Shown: in pieces, positions 1 to 8,784 of the stretch
How the letters are laid out: every line of letters begins with the position of its first letter
Position numbering within the stretch: position 1 is the first letter of the stretch
Origin: Bacteroidota bacterium
GTDB lineage: Bacteria > Bacteroidota > Bacteroidia > Cytophagales > Spirosomataceae
Length of the DNA: 27,642 nucleotides
Direction: 5' to 3'
NCBI GenBank assembly: GCA_046047395.1
Contig: JBJOIA010000007.1
Coordinates: 1-27,642, forward strand
Translations under genes and position numbers: made by a program
The notes under the pieces: generated by a model
Told to the model about the DNA's origin: nothing
The model's input: only the letters and a program-made list of their open reading frames with translations
Database searches by the model: none

Positions 1-26
1 AATTTCGTTTACCAATTTTCAAGGTG

Positions 27-34
27 CAAAATTA
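27..34 (-). promoter_or_regulatory. Bacteroidota sigma70 -7 element (TAATTTTG) for a divergent gene lying left of the window
   Basis: Plus strand caaaatta at 27-34 reads TAATTTTG(C) on the minus strand and matches the TAnnTTTG consensus. It points away from comF. Confidence 0.5.
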
Positions 35-44
35 CTGAAACTTA

Positions 45-749
45 ATGAAATACAAAAACTTTTTAACATACTTCGATAGTATTTTACAATTAATTTATGT
101 CCCAAAATGCCTGACTTGCCATGAGAGCCTCTTTTTGGGAGAAAAATTTATTTGTACTTCCTGTAGATATTCTCTCCCAAAACTTGGATTTAGACAATTT
201 GATCAATTATGGATTAAGGAAAAGTTTTATGGACATATTCCTTATGATCAAATTTATGCCTTTTTAGGATTTTATTCTGGAGGGATTGTTCAGAAAGTCA
301 TGCATGAAATTAAATACCGAGGAAAGAAAGAATTGGCGAAAGAAATGGGACGATGGATGGCCATAGAATTATTAGAAAATGAAATTAATTTGGAGGCGGA
401 TTTAATTATTCCAATTCCTCTTGCGAAATCAAGAAAAAGGGAGCGAGGGTATAATCAGGCGGAGGAAATTGCAAAAGGGATATCTGAAATCCTTTTTATT
501 CCCTTGGAATTACAGGCCTTGATTCGAAAAGAGGGGTCAAAATCTTTGGTAAAATTGAATAAACAAGAAAGAAAAGAGGAATTGAAGGAGGTTTTTAGAA
601 TAAAGGATCCGGAAAAAATAAATGGTAAGAGGATCATTCTTTTGGATGATACCCTTACCACTGGGGCCACATTAATCTCCGCTTCGGAGGTTTTATGGGA
701 AAATAATATTGAAAGCCTAAAAATCCTTTGTTTGGCTGCTGTAAAATAA
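45..749 (+). CDS. comF: ComF family protein (double zinc ribbon plus phosphoribosyltransferase-like domain)
   Basis: N-terminal CxxC...CxxC (CLTC, CTSC), RERGYNQ motif, PRT motif ILLDDTLTTGATL; 234 aa. Confidence 0.9.
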   Translation: MKYKNFLTYFDSILQLIYVPKCLTCHESLFLGEKFICTSCRYSLPKLGFRQFDQLWIKEKFYGHIPYDQIYAFLGFYSGGIVQKVMHEIKYRGKKELAKEMGRWMAIELLENEINLEADLIIPIPLAKSRKRERGYNQAEEIAKGISEILFIPLELQALIRKEGSKSLVKLNKQERKEELKEVFRIKDPEKINGKRIILLDDTLTTGATLISASEVLWENNIESLKILCLAAVK

Positions 750-750
750 A

Positions 751-1989
751 TTAACGATTTTTTCCAGCAGAGATCATGGCACATCTAAATCCGATCGTAC
801 TAGAAGAGGAATCTTGATCCATGAATCTTCTTGTTCCGGGAACTAACCAAAAGGCAACATCCGACCATGATCCGCCTTTATATACGCGAGATTTATTGGA
901 TATTAAAGACTGGAAATTTTTAGAATCATAATTTTTTTCTTCATCCAGAAAATCATTTCTTCTAACTGGATTTAAATCATTGAAATCTCTGTAGGAATTA
1001 GGACGATATATATCATATACCCATTCATTTACATTCCCTGCCATTTGGTAAAGTCCGAAATCATTCGGAGGGAAAGAATAAATTTCAGAAGTAATAATGG
1101 CACCATCATTGGAGGCTCCCGCTAAACCTGCATAGTCTCCTCTTCCTCTTTTGAAATTTGCTAATAATTGTCCTCTATTTTTTCCATATGGATTTCTTAA
1201 AGAAGGACCATCCCACGGATAAATTCTATTATTTGTTTGGTTTTCATCTTCAGCTTGGGTACCAATTAATGCTTTTGCAGCATATTCCCATTCTGCTTCC
1301 GTTGGAAGTCTATATGCTGGTAAAAGGGTGCCAGCTGGAACATTGTTTGCACTATTGGATCTACCTGTAGCAGTTTCCGAACTATTTCCCCCTTTATTTT
1401 TACCCGATTTTCCTTTCGGATTACTCAATAGGTTTTCGTTTACAACCCTTGTTCTCCATTTACAATAATCATTTGCTTGAACCCAAGAAACACCTACCAC
1501 AGGATACATTCTAAATCCTGGATATCTTAAATATTGCTCAACATAAGGGTCGTTAAATGCTAATTCATTTCTCCAAACAGTTGTGTCTGGTAATGCTGCT
1601 TCATAATAGGCTTCTGTTGAATCCTTTTGAATGGAAAATAAATATTCTAAATAATGGATATTCGCTATCTCTGTTTCATCCATATAAAAAGATTGTACAG
1701 AAACAGTTCTTTCGATATTATTATTTAATCCTAAAACATCTTCCTCAATCGTTCCCATTGTAAATCTACCGCCTTCAATATAAACTAAATTAGGACCTGC
1801 AATTTGTCCTTGAAAATTCTTGTCTACCTGAAAACCGTTTTCTTGATTGTAGGCTATCCCAGTGGTGGAGGATACATTCCCGATATTTGTGCTAGTACCT
1901 TGGCCTTTTTTACCAAAACAAGAACTTAAAATAAGTCCTACTCCTAATATTATTCCTAGCTTTTTAAATTCTGAAAACATCTTTAACAT
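751..1989 (-). CDS. gldJ: Gliding motility lipoprotein GldJ (FGE-sulfatase/SUMF1 fold)
   Basis: Lipobox LSSC; motifs VQSFYMDETEIAN, YPVVGVSWVQANDYCKWRT, RLPTEAEWEYAA, GLYQMAGNVNEWV, RVYKGGSW. It stands alone rather than in a gldKLMN operon, which favours GldJ over GldK. The start could also be the ATG at 1980. Confidence 0.8.
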   Translation of the reverse strand: MLKMFSEFKKLGIILGVGLILSSCFGKKGQGTSTNIGNVSSTTGIAYNQENGFQVDKNFQGQIAGPNLVYIEGGRFTMGTIEEDVLGLNNNIERTVSVQSFYMDETEIANIHYLEYLFSIQKDSTEAYYEAALPDTTVWRNELAFNDPYVEQYLRYPGFRMYPVVGVSWVQANDYCKWRTRVVNENLLSNPKGKSGKNKGGNSSETATGRSNSANNVPAGTLLPAYRLPTEAEWEYAAKALIGTQAEDENQTNNRIYPWDGPSLRNPYGKNRGQLLANFKRGRGDYAGLAGASNDGAIITSEIYSFPPNDFGLYQMAGNVNEWVYDIYRPNSYRDFNDLNPVRRNDFLDEEKNYDSKNFQSLISNKSRVYKGGSWSDVAFWLVPGTRRFMDQDSSSSTIGFRCAMISAGKNR

Positions 1990-2008
1990 ATACTTATATA
2001 GTAAGTAG

Positions 2009-2039
2009 CAAATTTAATGAAAAGGAATTAATAGCCAAA
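2009..2039 (-). promoter_or_regulatory. gldJ promoter: -33 TTTG, 19-nt spacer, -7 TAAATTTG
   Basis: caaa at 2036-2039 and caaattta at 2009-2016 give TTTG-N19-TAAATTTG on the minus strand, the canonical Bacteroidota promoter, about 20 nt upstream of the gldJ ATG. Confidence 0.75.
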
Positions 2040-2054
2040 TTTATCCTACATGAT

Positions 2055-5000
2055 TTATCCGCCAATTTCAAATAATACTTTTTGAATATTTTCGATTTGA
2101 GTAATATCATTTATTTGCAAAATTAATTGGTTTCCTTTTTCTCTTAACTGGCATTTTCCTTTATTGTTGTTTACAAATTGAATTATTTTATCAATTTTTA
2201 AAGGACTTTCCCCAGTTGAGATATTGGTCTTATTAACGAAATAAAGTTTTAATATTGTGTTTTTTAGTAAAATTTTCTCAATTAATTGTTCTTGGGCCTT
2301 CCATCTGCATTTTACCAATTCAATTAAGTCTAATACTTCCACAGGAATTTTACCAAATCGATCTTCCAAATTTTTCAATAATTCGTCTAATCCTTCCTGG
2401 TTTTCAATTTCATCCAATTGGGTATAAATACTTAATCTTTCATTAATCGAAGAAATATAATTTTCTGGTATTAATGCTCTTAAATCTGTTTCAATGGTAC
2501 AATCAACCTTGATTTTTTCCGTTTTTTCTCTTAGGCTTTCTTCAAATAATGCTTTAAATTCATTCTCTTTTAATTCTTGAACTGCTTCATCTAAAATTTT
2601 ATGATACATTTCAAAGCCGAGGTCATTGATGAATCCAGATTGTTCTGCTCCCAGTAAATTACCAGCTCCTCTTATGTCTAAATCCCTCATGGCTACTTTG
2701 ATTCCATCCCCTAAATCTGAAAATTCCTCCAAGGCACTTAATCGTTTTTTGGCATCGGAGGTCATTGTACTCAGACTTGGAACAACCAGATAACAAAAGG
2801 CTTTTTTATTGGAACGACCTACCCTCCCGCGCATTTGATGTAAATCTGAAAGGCCAAATTGATGGGCATTATTGATAAAAATCGTATTGGCATTAGGAAC
2901 GTCTAATCCTGATTCAATAATATTGGTGGCTACTAAAACATCATAATTCCCTTCCATGAAATTAATCATGATATTCTCCAATTTCTCACCTTCCATTTGT
3001 CCGTGTGCAACAGCAATTTTCGCATCAGGAACTAACCTCAATATTTGATTGGCTATGGATTCTAAATTTGAAATACGATTATTTACGACAAATACTTGTC
3101 CCCCTCTGTTGATTTCCGCATGAATGGCATCGCGTAATAATTCATCAGACATGACCACCAATTTGGTTTCAACAGGAAGTCTATTGGGAGGTGGGGTAGC
3201 AATTACTGAAAGGTCTCTTGCTCCCATGAGCGAAAAATGCAATGTCCTTGGTATAGGCGTTGCTGTTAGGGTAAGGCAATCTACGCCAACCCTAAATTCC
3301 TTTAGTTTATCTTTTACCTTTACTCCAAACTTTTGTTCTTCGTCGATAATCAATAATCCCAAATCTTTAAATTTAACATCTTTATTTACTATCCGATGGG
3401 TCCCGATTAGGATGTCTGTCTCTCCTGATTCTACTCTTTTAAGAGTTTCATTGATATTTTTGGTTGATTTAAATCGATTGATATATTCAACTTTGCAAGG
3501 GAATTCAGCGAGTCTTTCATGAAAAGTTCGGAAATGTTGCATGGCCAAAACAGTGGTGGGTACCAAAACGGCAACTTGTTTAGAATCTGCTACTGCTTTA
3601 AAAGCGGCGCGAATGGCTACTTCAGTTTTTCCAAATCCTACATCCCCACAGACTAATCGGTCCATTGGATGTGGTTTTTCCATATCTATTTTGAAATCTG
3701 CGGTAGCTTTTGCCTGGTCTGGGGTATCTTCATAAAAAAACGAGGATTCTAATTCTGCCTGCATAAAAGTATCAGCACTATAGGCAAAACCAGGCGCTTC
3801 TTTTCTTTTTGCATATAATTGAATCAGTTCTTTGGCGATGTCCTTTACCTGTTTTTTAACTTTGGATTTTTTATTTTCCCATTCCGGAGAACCCAATTTT
3901 GAAATATTTGGTAATTCACCTTCTTTTCCAGCATATTTTGAAATTTTATGTAGGGAATGAATGGAAACGGAAAGTAAATCATTATCCCGATAAACCAGTC
4001 TTAAAACTTCTTGGTCATCGCCATTTGCAGTCTTTATTTTTGTTAATCCAGCAAACCTACCTATTCCATAATCCACATGGGTAACAAAATCTCCTACCTG
4101 TAGAGACCTGAGTTCTTTTAGGGTTAGGGCTTTATTTTTTGAAAAACGATTTTTTTCTTTATATCGAAAATATTTTTCAAAAATTTGATGATCTGGATAA
4201 AAGGCAATTTTCATTTGATCATCGATGAAACCCTCTGCCAATGAAATTTGTAGGGTGGTGAACTTAATGGATGAATTAATTTCATTAAAAATCACCTCGA
4301 GTCTTTCCAATTGCCTTGGAGAATCAGAGCAAATGATATTCATATAATTATGCGTCTGATTATCTAATAAAGCTTCCGCTAAACGGTTAAAATCTTTTTT
4401 AAAGGATCCAGGATTTTTGGAAAAAAATTGGATGGTTTCAGCATTTTTGAAATTTGATTTTCTGCCGAATTCAATAATATTAAATTTCTTAAAATGTCCT
4501 TGAATTTGTTTTTTAGTTTCCCATTTTTCTCCAATATTTCCCATTATTTGAATATCTCCGCTGGATTTCAATTTTCTGGAATAATATTCTTCCAATTTTT
4601 CATTGAATTCGTCTAAAGCCGCATTGGATACAGCATAGTCTTTGATAAAAACAAGTGTATTTTTAGGAAGGAAATTAAAAAAACTTTCTCTGCTTTCCGT
4701 AAATATTTTATGGTTGATATTGGGGATAATATGGAGATTTGAAACGGACTGAATAGACAATTGTGATTCAGGATTGAAGGTTCGGATACTTTCAATTTCA
4801 TTTCCAAATAAATCAATTCGATAGGGGAATTCCGCAGCATAGGAGAATATATCTACTATACCACCTCTTATGGAATATTGGCCCGCTTCATAAACAAAAT
4901 CTGTTCGCTCAAAATCCCATTCATTTAAAACTTCAGATAAAAATTCTAGGTCTAAACTTTGGCCGACTTTTAAAGAAAAAGTATTTTTTACAAATGATTT

Positions 5001-5411
5001 TTTATTCAAAACTTTTTCTGGAAGGGCCTCTGGGTAGGTAATTATAAAGAGTTTTTGATTGGAAATATTATTTAAAATATTTAAAATTTCCGCTCGCATT
5101 AATACGTTTGCATTATCAATTTCTTCCCATTCAAAAGGCTGTTTTTGAGATGCAGGGAATAGTAAAATTCTATCTTCTCCATTCAAAGCCTGTAAATCAT
5201 TCAATAGGTAATTCGCCTCCTCTTTATCCGAACAAACCACTAAATAACAATAATTTTCCTGTGCAATTCCACTAAGAATTACCGCGTCTAATGAGCCAGA
5301 AAGTCCTTTAAAATGAAAATTTTCCTGAGAAAGGGTAAAATGAACCTTATCGGAAATCGATTTTATGATTCCGTCTTTTTGGTATAACGATAAAAAATCC
5401 TTTACTATCAC
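2055..5411 (-). CDS. mfd: Transcription-repair coupling factor Mfd
   Basis: CarD/RID region (VGDFVTHVDYGIGRF), Walker A GDVGFGKT, IIDEEQKFG, TATPIPRTL, QMRGRVGR, TRG motif MRDLDIRGAG. Start placed at the in-frame GTG at 5411 because a -7 promoter element (5435-5442) lies downstream of the ORF-track start at 5462. Confidence 0.97.
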   Translation of the reverse strand: MIVKDFLSLYQKDGIIKSISDKVHFTLSQENFHFKGLSGSLDAVILSGIAQENYCYLVVCSDKEEANYLLNDLQALNGEDRILLFPASQKQPFEWEEIDNANVLMRAEILNILNNISNQKLFIITYPEALPEKVLNKKSFVKNTFSLKVGQSLDLEFLSEVLNEWDFERTDFVYEAGQYSIRGGIVDIFSYAAEFPYRIDLFGNEIESIRTFNPESQLSIQSVSNLHIIPNINHKIFTESRESFFNFLPKNTLVFIKDYAVSNAALDEFNEKLEEYYSRKLKSSGDIQIMGNIGEKWETKKQIQGHFKKFNIIEFGRKSNFKNAETIQFFSKNPGSFKKDFNRLAEALLDNQTHNYMNIICSDSPRQLERLEVIFNEINSSIKFTTLQISLAEGFIDDQMKIAFYPDHQIFEKYFRYKEKNRFSKNKALTLKELRSLQVGDFVTHVDYGIGRFAGLTKIKTANGDDQEVLRLVYRDNDLLSVSIHSLHKISKYAGKEGELPNISKLGSPEWENKKSKVKKQVKDIAKELIQLYAKRKEAPGFAYSADTFMQAELESSFFYEDTPDQAKATADFKIDMEKPHPMDRLVCGDVGFGKTEVAIRAAFKAVADSKQVAVLVPTTVLAMQHFRTFHERLAEFPCKVEYINRFKSTKNINETLKRVESGETDILIGTHRIVNKDVKFKDLGLLIIDEEQKFGVKVKDKLKEFRVGVDCLTLTATPIPRTLHFSLMGARDLSVIATPPPNRLPVETKLVVMSDELLRDAIHAEINRGGQVFVVNNRISNLESIANQILRLVPDAKIAVAHGQMEGEKLENIMINFMEGNYDVLVATNIIESGLDVPNANTIFINNAHQFGLSDLHQMRGRVGRSNKKAFCYLVVPSLSTMTSDAKKRLSALEEFSDLGDGIKVAMRDLDIRGAGNLLGAEQSGFINDLGFEMYHKILDEAVQELKENEFKALFEESLREKTEKIKVDCTIETDLRALIPENYISSINERLSIYTQLDEIENQEGLDELLKNLEDRFGKIPVEVLDLIELVKCRWKAQEQLIEKILLKNTILKLYFVNKTNISTGESPLKIDKIIQFVNNNKGKCQLREKGNQLILQINDITQIENIQKVLFEIGG

Positions 5412-5434
5412 TAACCTTTTTTTCGAATAGGTTG

Positions 5435-5442
5435 CAAAGATA
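5435..5442 (-). promoter_or_regulatory. mfd promoter -7 element TATCTTTG
   Basis: caaagata at 5435-5442 reads TATCTTTG(C) on the minus strand. Confidence 0.6.
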
Positions 5443-5480
5443 AGAAAATATTCCCTTTTCACTCTTCAATAATTTTTTAT

Positions 5481-5488
5481 TATCTTTG
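5481..5488 (+). promoter_or_regulatory. -7 element TATCTTTG of the TPP riboswitch/TBDR transcript
   Basis: Exact TAnnTTTG match a few nt upstream of the aptamer 5' end. Confidence 0.7.
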
Positions 5489-5492
5489 TCTC

Positions 5493-5575
5493 ATCAAAAA
5501 GGGGTGCCTGAAAATAAGGGCTGAGATTATACCCGTTGAACCTGATGCAGATAATGCTGCCGAAGGGATTTTGTC
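5493..5575 (+). promoter_or_regulatory. TPP (thiamine pyrophosphate) riboswitch
   Basis: Hallmark elements in order: GGGGTGC, GGCTGAGA, TACCCG, GAACCTGAT, GATAATGC, CGAAGGGA. P1 is caaaa (5495-5499) with ttttg (5569-5573). It lies 5' of a TonB-dependent receptor. Confidence 0.95.
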
Positions 5576-5648
5576 TAGTTTCATTTTATTGATAAAATCA
5601 CAACGCCTTTTTGATCGTAATAAATGTTTTACTTAAACTAAAAGTACG

Positions 5649-8048
5649 ATGAAAAGTAGTATTAAAATTTTGTCTTTTGTGATGGGAATTGCGTTTTCTG
5701 CCCATTCACAGAATCTTTCGATTCAGTCTAGCGTGTATGACCAAGAGGATAATCAAGCTCTTTGGGGAACAAATGTTCAAGTTATTGGAACTTCAAAAGG
5801 AACGATTGCCGATAAAAATGGTGATTTTAAACTTTCGGGGTTAAATCCTACGGATAGTCTTTCGATTCATTTTATTGGATATGAAACTATTCAAATTTTA
5901 GCAAGTGAATTACCTGCAAAAATTGGTTTGGCTAAACAAGCAATTTTGAATGATGAGGTAGTGGTCAATGCTTTAATGGCGAATAATTTTTCTCCTATGG
6001 CATTTACTAATATTGGAAAGACCCAAATTCAAAAATTAAATTTAGGACAGGATATTCCTCTTTTATTGAATTTTCTTCCATCCATGGTGACAACCTCTGA
6101 TGCAGGGGCTGGAATTGGTTATACGGGTTTAAGGATTAGAGGTACCGATGCCACAAGAATCAATGTAACGATTAATGGTATTCCTTTAAATGATTCTGAA
6201 TCGCAGGGTTTATATTGGGTAAATATGCCAGATATGGCCAGTTCGGTTTCAAATATCCAAGTACAAAGGGGGGTAGGTACTTCTACCAATGGGGCATCTG
6301 CATTTGGCGGTTCCGTGCATGTAAATACCAATAATTACGAGCCTGAGCCTTATGCCCAAATTGCTAGTTCTGGCGGTTCTTTTGGTACCATAAAAAATAC
6401 CTTAAAATTAGGAACGGGCTTATTTGCTAAAAATTTCACTTTTGATCTTCGCTTATCTAAAATTAATTCAGATGGATATATCGATCGGGCAAGTTCAGAT
6501 TTAAAATCCTTGTATTCAACCTTAGGATATTTTGGGAAAAAATCTGTAATCCGTTTAAATTATTTTACTGGGAAAGAAATAACTTATCAGTCGTGGTATG
6601 GCACCCCCGAAGCTAGAGTGAATAATGATGTAGAGGGTATGATTGCCTTTATTACTAGAAATCCACTTTCAGAAGCAGAAACAAAGAATTTATTTGAATC
6701 TGGTAGAACCTATAATTTTTATACTTATGAAAATCAGGTGGATAATTATGCTCAAGATCATTATCAATTACTTACTCACCATGATTTAGGAAAGAATTGG
6801 GATATGGATCTGAATTTCCATTATACCTATGGAAGAGGTTACTACGAAGAATTTAAAAATTATCCAAACCTAAGCTTATACGGAATTTATTCTAAAATTT
6901 TTGTTGAAAATTTAGTCAGACGAAAATGGTTGGATAATGATTTTTATGGTACAACCTATAATTTTCATTACGATAATAAAAAAGGTTTTGATTGGGTAAT
7001 TGGAGGTGCTTGGAATAAATATGTGGGCAGGCATTTTGGAAGAATCATTGCCCCTGAGGTTATTCAGGGAATAGAATGGTATCGTTCTTTGTCGCATAAA
7101 AGAGACTTTAACCTTTATTCAAAAATGAATTTAGCTTTAAATGATAAATTATCAGGATTTTTGGATCTTCAAGCGAGGTTAATCACTTATTCAACAAAAG
7201 GAACAAAGGATTATCAAATTCCAATGGACATAAATGAATCTTTCTCCTTTTTTAATCCGAAGTTTGGTTTAAATTATCAGGTTGGAGAATCTTCTAGATT
7301 ATATGGATCTTTTGCTCGGGGGGCTAAAGAACCAAGTAGAAATGATTTTGTGGATAATTTGAACAAGGCACCAAAGCCTGAGAAATTATCCGATATTGAA
7401 TTTGGATTTGAAGGAAATGGAAAAGGTTATACTTTCCAGGCAAATGCTTATTGGATGAACTATACTGATCAATTGGTATTAACTGGAAGATTGAATAATG
7501 TAGGAGAGCCAATTCGTGAAAATGTAGCAAAATCCTATCGAATGGGCTTGGAATTAGTAGGTGGACTAAAATTAGCGAATAATTTAACATGGCAGGGGAA
7601 TTTGACATTATCCAGAAATAAAGTTCAGGATTATACGGAAATCGTATTTGATTATGGGGCCAACCAAGAGGTTTCAATTTCGCATACCAATACAGATATC
7701 GCCTATTCACCTAATATTATTGGAGGAAGCCAGATTAAATACCTATTAAGAAATTGGGAGATAAACCTCAATACGAAATACGTTGGGGCTCAATATTTAG
7801 ATAATACTTCAAGTTCCAATAGAAAGATGTCGGCCTATTGGACTCAAGATATTTTAATTCAAAAAACAATACCTGCTAAATGGGCAAAGGATTTAAAATT
7901 GAATTTATTAATTAATAATGTCTTCAATCGTTTATATAGTTCGAATGGATATACTTGGGGATATATATATGAGGGAAGAGTGATTGAAAACTTCTTATAT
8001 CCCCAAGCTGGGATTAATTTCTTAGCTGGATTAAATCTGAGAATTTAA
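5649..8048 (+). CDS. TonB-dependent outer-membrane receptor, probable thiamine transporter
   Basis: Signal peptide, N-terminal carboxypeptidase-regulatory-like domain, plug (GLRIRGTDATRINVTINGIPLND; IQVQRGVGTSTNGASAFGGSV), C-terminal beta-strand FLAGLNLRI. The substrate is inferred from the upstream TPP riboswitch. Confidence 0.9.
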   Translation: MKSSIKILSFVMGIAFSAHSQNLSIQSSVYDQEDNQALWGTNVQVIGTSKGTIADKNGDFKLSGLNPTDSLSIHFIGYETIQILASELPAKIGLAKQAILNDEVVVNALMANNFSPMAFTNIGKTQIQKLNLGQDIPLLLNFLPSMVTTSDAGAGIGYTGLRIRGTDATRINVTINGIPLNDSESQGLYWVNMPDMASSVSNIQVQRGVGTSTNGASAFGGSVHVNTNNYEPEPYAQIASSGGSFGTIKNTLKLGTGLFAKNFTFDLRLSKINSDGYIDRASSDLKSLYSTLGYFGKKSVIRLNYFTGKEITYQSWYGTPEARVNNDVEGMIAFITRNPLSEAETKNLFESGRTYNFYTYENQVDNYAQDHYQLLTHHDLGKNWDMDLNFHYTYGRGYYEEFKNYPNLSLYGIYSKIFVENLVRRKWLDNDFYGTTYNFHYDNKKGFDWVIGGAWNKYVGRHFGRIIAPEVIQGIEWYRSLSHKRDFNLYSKMNLALNDKLSGFLDLQARLITYSTKGTKDYQIPMDINESFSFFNPKFGLNYQVGESSRLYGSFARGAKEPSRNDFVDNLNKAPKPEKLSDIEFGFEGNGKGYTFQANAYWMNYTDQLVLTGRLNNVGEPIRENVAKSYRMGLELVGGLKLANNLTWQGNLTLSRNKVQDYTEIVFDYGANQEVSISHTNTDIAYSPNIIGGSQIKYLLRNWEINLNTKYVGAQYLDNTSSSNRKMSAYWTQDILIQKTIPAKWAKDLKLNLLINNVFNRLYSSNGYTWGYIYEGRVIENFLYPQAGINFLAGLNLRI

Positions 8049-8782
8049 AGTGACATAATATCTTTAAAGCGAATAGATTGCCTTCTAGATATTTCTATTT
8101 TTTCTTCTTTGGGGCCTGTGAGGGTTACTTGCAGGCCACCAGAGAACCAAGGTTCAATTTTTTCGATATATTGAAGATTTATGATATGTTTCCTATTCGC
8201 TCTAAAAAATGATTTAGGATCTAATTTTTCTTCCAAAGCATTTAAAGATTTTAGAATTAGGGGTTTTTGATCATCAAAATACAGGCGAACATAATTCCCT
8301 AAAGACTCAAATAAACGTACTTTTTCCAATTTTACGAACCAGCATTTTTCTCCATCCTTCACAAATATTTGATCTGTAATTTTAAGAAATTTAGGATCTA
8401 CTTCATGTGAACCAATTGCTTTTTCCTTTTCTTTTGTTTTTTCAAGTTTATTTATTGCCTCGGAAAGCCTTCCTAGTTCAATGGGTTTTAATAAATAATC
8501 GAGGGCATTTACCTCAAAAGCCTTTAAGGCATATTCATCATAAGCGGTTGTGAAAATTACATGAGGCATTGCTCCATCAAATTCCTCTAAAAATTCAAAA
8601 CCGGTTTTTTCTGGCATTTGAATATCAAGGAAAATAACATCCGGTTGATGCTCCTCTACCAAAGTTTGGGCTTCAATGGCATTGTTTGATTCAGCAATTA
8701 CTTCAATTGTTGGAAAATTTTCCAATAATCTTTTTAACTCATTGCGGGCTAGTCGTTCGTCGTCTACAATTAATGCTTTCAT
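8045..8782 (-). CDS. LytR/AlgR (LytTR) family response regulator
   Basis: Receiver motifs IVDDE, FLDIQMP, FTTAY, YLLKP; C-terminal LytTR domain (FFRANRKHIINL, IEISRR). The ATG at 8782 is preferred over the TTG at 8788. Confidence 0.93.
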   Translation of the reverse strand: MKALIVDDERLARNELKRLLENFPTIEVIAESNNAIEAQTLVEEHQPDVIFLDIQMPEKTGFEFLEEFDGAMPHVIFTTAYDEYALKAFEVNALDYLLKPIELGRLSEAINKLEKTKEKEKAIGSHEVDPKFLKITDQIFVKDGEKCWFVKLEKVRLFESLGNYVRLYFDDQKPLILKSLNALEEKLDPKSFFRANRKHIINLQYIEKIEPWFSGGLQVTLTGPKEEKIEISRRQSIRFKDIMSL

Positions 8783-8784
8783 AA

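Noticed and set aside
455-784. 109-aa minus-strand ORF and the other short track ORFs (e.g. 1158-1370, 3124-3522, 7324-7710, 15134-15442, 21552-21809, 23415-23705)
   Set aside because: All lie antisense to, or out of frame within, well-supported genes and show no recognisable motifs; treated as shadow ORFs.
5412-5462. 17-aa N-terminal extension of Mfd in the ORF track
   Set aside because: It spans the likely mfd promoter (5435-5442); the GTG at 5411 fits better.
5576-5615. Intrinsic terminator as the riboswitch output
   Set aside because: There is only a 6-bp all-AU stem (5583-5598), separated from the U5 tract by 9 nt; too weak to call.
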